IMG/VR virus record: IMGVR_UViG_3300031857_022279
Strand: one strand, 5' to 3'
Source of the DNA: a virus
Length of the DNA stretch: 64,000 nt
Within the stretch, counting starts at the first letter, position 1. Every line of letters starts with the position of its first letter. Shown here piece after piece: positions 59,634 to 64,000 of this stretch. Below the pieces are notes generated by a model. It did no database searches. It saw only the letters and a list, made by a program, of their open reading frames with translations, and was not told the origin of the DNA. The position numbers were made by a program, and so were the translations under genes.

Positions 59634-61373
59634 ATGTCACACATTAGAATAGACAAACAAAAAGCAGTTAAGAAGTGGGCTCCTGTATTGGAGAACATGG
59701 GTGTTACTGGTGAAAGAGTTGACTGGATGGCAGAATATGCTGAGTTTCACTCTATTAACGAAAACGCTTACGCTAATGCTACTACTGCTGGTATGGGTCA
59801 AGTAATTGCTCCAACTCCAAATGCACTTCCTGGTAACCTTAACTTAGGTAACACAATTGGTACAAACGGTGTAGGATCTGGAGATCTTGGTCAAAACCTT
59901 TTACCAGTAGCTATGAAAATCGCAGCTCAGACTATCGGTCTTGACCTAGTTGCTGTAAAACCATCACCTGGTCCAAAAATCGATCTTCTTTATATTGACT
60001 TCCAATATGATGATGTAAACACAGAAAGTGGTATTAATTCAAGACCACAGGTTTTCAAACTTACAGGTGCTACAAATTTATCAACTGCTATAGGAACTGT
60101 TTCTACTTATGTAACTACTACTCAGGGTTATAAATTAACATCTGGTGGTATTCAGGGAGGTAGAGTATTTGCAACAATTGCAACCGCTTCTACGGTATCT
60201 GGAGCACCATCAGCTGGAGCTTTTTATATCGCATCAACAGAACCAACAGTTAAAGCAGGTATAGTTGAATTCTTGGGATTCTCAAGAGTTGATGGATATC
60301 CGATGTTTAAGACCTATAGACAAGTTAATGCATTTGGTCCAGGTGGATATTCTTCACTTACTAACTACTCTTTTGAAGCTCAGTATAACACATTCAATGC
60401 AACTGGGTCAATGACCGCTCAAATTACGACTGTTGGTACTCAGCCACTTACTGGCACAGTTACTATTGACTTGGTATCTGCACTCGAAGATCATCTTCCA
60501 GGATTTTCAGCTAACTGGACATCTAATATTGCATCAGGTGATTATCCAATGAGTCGTCAGACTGATGATAATACATATTCAGGTATCATCGGTCCTAAGG
60601 TATCTTCTAAGTCAATTCAAGTAGGTACAGTTGAAGTTTCAACTGCACTTAGAAGAACTGAAATTGAAGACATCAAGGCTAACACTGGTATGGACATCGT
60701 TCAGAAGATGGAATCAATTCTTGTTAATGAATTGTCTCAGACAATTTCAAGACAAATTGTTAATAAGATTTTTGAACTTGGTGACAGAAACAGAAATACA
60801 TCGCCAGTACAAACTGGATTAGGTGTTACTGTAGTCGGAACAACTGCATCTTCTATATTCGACTTGAATACAGTTTATGCTCAATCTGCAGTTGTTGGTG
60901 GTGAAACTACACACGCTGTTCAACGTAAGTTGATCACTAAGATGGTTCATGCTTCTAACTACATTGCAACAGAAGGACGTGTTGGTCCAGCTCAATTCGC
61001 TGTAACAAACGGAGGTCTTGCTGCATCACTTATGGATATCGCTGGATATACAATTAACCCAGTTAAATCTAAAATCACTGGTCAAGGTCAATTGTACCCT
61101 GTTGGTCAAATTGGTGATATTTCTATCTATGTTGATCCTTATATGAAGTATAATGATAACAGAATTGTTGTTGGTAGAAAGAACAACCCTGATCAACCAG
61201 GTCTTATCTTCATTCCTTACTTGATGGCTCAGTCTATCAGTGTAATTTCTGAAGCTACTTTTGCACCAAGAATGTTACTACGTTCTAGATATGCAATCGC
61301 AGATGTTGGTTTCTTCCCAGAGAAGCAATATATGACTATTGTTGTAACTGATAACGCACAGTTGTTGAACTAA
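59634..61373 (+). CDS. gp23: Major capsid protein (gp23-like)
   Basis: KWAPVLE, LPVAMKIAAQTIGLDLV.V.P, EL...I...I, G.L.P.G.IG...IYVDPY, GL.F.PY, F.PRM.L.SRYA. Confidence 0.95.
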   Translation: MSHIRIDKQKAVKKWAPVLENMGVTGERVDWMAEYAEFHSINENAYANATTAGMGQVIAPTPNALPGNLNLGNTIGTNGVGSGDLGQNLLPVAMKIAAQTIGLDLVAVKPSPGPKIDLLYIDFQYDDVNTESGINSRPQVFKLTGATNLSTAIGTVSTYVTTTQGYKLTSGGIQGGRVFATIATASTVSGAPSAGAFYIASTEPTVKAGIVEFLGFSRVDGYPMFKTYRQVNAFGPGGYSSLTNYSFEAQYNTFNATGSMTAQITTVGTQPLTGTVTIDLVSALEDHLPGFSANWTSNIASGDYPMSRQTDDNTYSGIIGPKVSSKSIQVGTVEVSTALRRTEIEDIKANTGMDIVQKMESILVNELSQTISRQIVNKIFELGDRNRNTSPVQTGLGVTVVGTTASSIFDLNTVYAQSAVVGGETTHAVQRKLITKMVHASNYIATEGRVGPAQFAVTNGGLAASLMDIAGYTINPVKSKITGQGQLYPVGQIGDISIYVDPYMKYNDNRIVVGRKNNPDQPGLIFIPYLMAQSISVISEATFAPRMLLRSRYAIADVGFFPEKQYMTIVVTDNAQLLN

Positions 61374-61392
61374 TCAATAATTTGAAAATTAG

Positions 61393-61420
61393 AAAACCCC
61401 TTCGAAAGAAGGGGTTTTTT
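61393..61420 (+). terminator. Intrinsic terminator after the capsid gene
   Basis: aaaaccccttc-gaaa-gaagggg-tttttt. Confidence 0.9.
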
Positions 61421-61481
61421 ATTTTTATATCTTTTTCATTCGAAGTTTGATAATCTAGTTTTAGTCCATAATATATACTTC

Positions 61482-61871
61482 ATGATAAAAAATTATCAAC
61501 TTTTCTTAGAATCAAAAAAAGATAAGTTTCCTAATATTAAAACCGTCAAAGTAGGTGATTTCACAGTTTTGATTGGTAAAGATTCTAAATCAAATGACTA
61601 TTTAACAACTATTAAGTCACAAGACGAAGATATTTGGTTTCATGCAAAAGGCGTTCCTGGAAGTCATGTTGTGATTAAAAGTAGAGAAAGTTTGCCAACT
61701 CCAGAAATTATTGAAGAAGTTGCTAGAATTGCTGCGAAAAACTCAAAGTCTACTGGTAAGACAAAAGTAGTTTATTGCAAGATTAAGTTTGTAAATAAAA
61801 CCAGTGATATGAAAGAAGGTCAAGTTTCGGTAGATTACAACAATGCAGATGAAATCGAAGTTGAAATTTAA
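61482..61871 (+). CDS. Stand-alone NFACT-R (RqcH/FbpA C-terminal, DUF814) RNA-binding domain protein
   Basis: VLIGKDSKSNDYLT...DIWFHAKGVPGSHVVIK...A.IAA.NSK...V.Y..V.K. Confidence 0.85.
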   Translation: MIKNYQLFLESKKDKFPNIKTVKVGDFTVLIGKDSKSNDYLTTIKSQDEDIWFHAKGVPGSHVVIKSRESLPTPEIIEEVARIAAKNSKSTGKTKVVYCKIKFVNKTSDMKEGQVSVDYNNADEIEVEI

Positions 61872-61898
61872 TATATAATAAAATTAAGAACAATTTAA

Positions 61899-63239
61899 AT
61901 GTCTTTTGAAAGTGTTACATTCTTATATACAGATACTTTACACGAAATTATAGATAATATTTCCGGACCAGTTGCTGAGGCACTGTTAAAGGCACAAGGT
62001 GATAGATTTGTAAAGAATCCTTTTAAAATTGAAGTGGTCGATGTTTCTAAAACACATAGTAGATTTTGGGTGACTTTCAAAGATCATAAACAAAATATGA
62101 AGATTAAGGCATTTATAAATTCAATTTTGCCTAATTCATTCACCGATCATCAGATTTGGGAATTTATTCAAGAATACAATAAACTAGCACTTGGTAAAGA
62201 AACTCAAGCAGAGACTAAGGTCACTTATAATAAAATTGAACCAAGAGCTTTTAGATTCGAACCAAAAGATATAAGAAATACATTTATCTCACTAGTAACA
62301 CAGACTTATCCACACGGTCATGAAGAAGAAGTTATGAAGTTTATGCCTCAAGATCTTAGTAAAGACGAGTTTGGCAATTACTACAAAATAATAGGTAAAT
62401 CTCAGACTATGTTTACTTCACATCTTGACACTGCTGACAGAACTAAAAGTTATGTTAACTTGGTGAGTGTTGAAAGAGATGGAGATGAGATAATTATGAC
62501 TGACGGAACTAGTATTTTAGGAGCTGATGATAAAGCAGGTGTTACTGTTATGCTCTACATGATGGCTCATAACATACCGGGTATTTATTACTTTTTTATA
62601 GGTGAAGAAAGAGGTGGTATAGGTTCTTATAAATTGGCAGCTGCTTTTGATAAATACACTCACTTAAAAGATGTTAAAAGATGTGTTTCGTTTGATAGAA
62701 GAAACTACTTTTCAGTGATCACTAAACAATCTTATAGACAATCCTGTTCAGACGAATTTGCGCAAGCTTTAGCTGACGAATTAAATAAGTCAGGACTTAG
62801 TTTATCACTCGACCCAACTGGTATTTATACTGATTCGGCTTCATTTATTGATGATATACCAGAATGTACAAATGTATCTGTTGGTTATTTCAGTGAACAC
62901 ACAACAAAAGAGTGTCAAAATATTTCATACCTTGAAAGATTAGCAAAAGCCTGTCTATCTGCAAATTGGGAAGAACTTCCAACTGTTAAAAAAGTAGGCT
63001 TTGATGAAGAAATTTTAAGGAAGTATAAAGGATTCTTAGCTGAATTAAAGGCAAATGTATTTAATTTAGAAGTTAGAATGGTCAATGATTTTGGAGATGC
63101 TATAATTAAAATAGAAATAGAACCAGATTTAGAATTGGTTTTTGAAGAGCTAAAAATAATAAGCAGACTACTTACAAAACATAAAATGGACCCAGATGTC
63201 ACATTTGATAATCAATATATTAAAATAAATTTAAAGTAA
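61899..63239 (+). CDS. M28/M20-family zinc peptidase with an N-terminal extension
   Basis: SHLDT, LGADDKAG, GEERG.IGS, SFDR, YTDS, SVGYFSEHT. Confidence 0.8.
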   Translation: MSFESVTFLYTDTLHEIIDNISGPVAEALLKAQGDRFVKNPFKIEVVDVSKTHSRFWVTFKDHKQNMKIKAFINSILPNSFTDHQIWEFIQEYNKLALGKETQAETKVTYNKIEPRAFRFEPKDIRNTFISLVTQTYPHGHEEEVMKFMPQDLSKDEFGNYYKIIGKSQTMFTSHLDTADRTKSYVNLVSVERDGDEIIMTDGTSILGADDKAGVTVMLYMMAHNIPGIYYFFIGEERGGIGSYKLAAAFDKYTHLKDVKRCVSFDRRNYFSVITKQSYRQSCSDEFAQALADELNKSGLSLSLDPTGIYTDSASFIDDIPECTNVSVGYFSEHTTKECQNISYLERLAKACLSANWEELPTVKKVGFDEEILRKYKGFLAELKANVFNLEVRMVNDFGDAIIKIEIEPDLELVFEELKIISRLLTKHKMDPDVTFDNQYIKINLK

Positions 63240-63688
63240 TGAAGTTTAATACAATTAAATATAGTAAAATATCAATATCTGAGGCGTCTAAAGAACCTTG
63301 GGAAGATGATTATGCGGATTCTTATGAAGATAGATATGATAAATATGGAACTTATGGTCGAGATTTTTATGATGATGCACCAGAAGAAATAGAAGAGGAT
63401 GATCAGAAAGATAATATCTCCTACGAAATAAGAAAAATTTTGTCTTTATATGGTATAGTAGGCGAAGTTGAATTTGAAGAAAAATATGGTCTCTCTATAA
63501 GAATATACTTAAAGAAAAGAGAGAAAATGAGTAATATTATTAAAATAATGGATACTGTTATTAATAAAGTAAAAAAACAAATATTACCACAGTATGAATC
63601 TGAAGTTGAGCTATATGAGACTACAAAAGGTCAGCCGGTCCTAGAATTTGATTTTTACCTTTTATCTGATAGCGAATCACCATTTTAG
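63239..63688 (+). CDS. Hypothetical acidic protein
   Basis: 149-aa ORF, TAATG overlap with the peptidase gene. Confidence 0.7.
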   Translation: MKFNTIKYSKISISEASKEPWEDDYADSYEDRYDKYGTYGRDFYDDAPEEIEEDDQKDNISYEIRKILSLYGIVGEVEFEEKYGLSIRIYLKKREKMSNIIKIMDTVINKVKKQILPQYESEVELYETTKGQPVLEFDFYLLSDSESPF

Positions 63689-63695
63689 AAAAAAC

Positions 63696-63731
63696 TTTGC
63701 TTGACATTTAATATATAACTCACTATATTTG
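63696..63731 (+). promoter_or_regulatory. Bacteroidota-type sigma promoter upstream of the tmRNA, with an overlapping AATATATA motif
   Basis: TTG at 63701-63703, 20-nt spacer, TATATTTG (TAnnTTTG) at 63724-63731. Confidence 0.6.
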
Positions 63732-63748
63732 TAGAAATTATTTTACAT

Positions 63749-64000
63749 GGGGATGAACTTGAATTGATTCGCAGGGTAAAGATGATTAAGCAGGCATCGG
63801 TTTGGTAAAGTCCGATTAAAATAAATTATCAAAACAAGTAAACGGCAACGTTTCTAACGAAGTAGGAACCAGTGAAGATTTAGTAGCTGCTCTACAAAAC
63901 AACTTGCTCACTGTGAATGAGCTTGAAGTAGCCTAATCTTAGGATACATTCTAAAAATTCACACTGAATCACAACAGTATAAATAGTGATAGTTTTTTGT
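63749..64000 (+). ncRNA. ssrA: tmRNA, 5' portion (3' end beyond the window)
   Basis: 5' GGGGATGAAC-TTGAATTGA; pseudoknot 1 (atcgg 63796/ccgat 63812; tttggtaa 63801/ttatcaaa 63826); AAGTAAAC|GGC resume context; tag ORF 63844-63936 ending in Ala-stop. Confidence 0.85.

Noticed and set aside
323-60822. Antisense and alternate-frame ORFs in the track (for example 1660..2268, 30399..31007, 54179..54604, 16451..16741, 58267..58482)
   Set aside because: They are shadows of well-supported genes, with Ser/Leu/Phe-rich composition and no motifs.
1-64000. Alternative genetic code (TAG/TGA recoding) as in some jumbo phages
   Set aside because: Very long ORFs and all core genes are intact in code 11; TAG and TGA act as real stops (for example 11487, 52110, 9661).
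1-64000. tRNA or rRNA genes
   Set aside because: No cloverleaf or rRNA-like segment was recognised by eye, and intergenic gaps are short and AT-rich. tRNAscan-SE would be needed to be certain.

Overview
64 kb of a very AT-rich, T4-related jumbo myophage genome (standard code 11). The host is probably Bacteroidota: A-rich leaders without Shine-Dalgarno sites, a TTG-N20-TAnnTTTG promoter, a Gln+1 signal peptide, and ClpS- and DUF6576-type genes. The window holds the virion morphogenesis region: a 2959-aa repeat-built tape-measure-like protein ending in a peptidase-S74 chaperone domain, terminase, sheath, tube, baseplate, tail completion, gp4/gp2, portal, a protease-scaffold fusion and the major capsid protein. 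It also carries gp44, gp47, a gp55-like late sigma factor, Hef-like endonucleases, host-type genes (gmd, glutamine synthetase II, clpS, NFACT-R, M28 peptidase, amidoligase) and the 5' part of a tmRNA. Highlights: (1) the large terminase is split into two genes at its Walker A motif by an atypically split intein with extra helical tails; (2) about 10 unrelated proteins share an N-terminal motif resembling the T4 capsid-targeting sequence; (3) a WATATATA motif, a putative late promoter, often lies 5-6 nt before an ATG, including a 10-bp palindrome serving two divergent genes; (4) the gp55-like gene appears to need an ATT start; (5) the tmRNA encodes a 30-aa tag. All family calls come from motif recognition by eye, not database searches.
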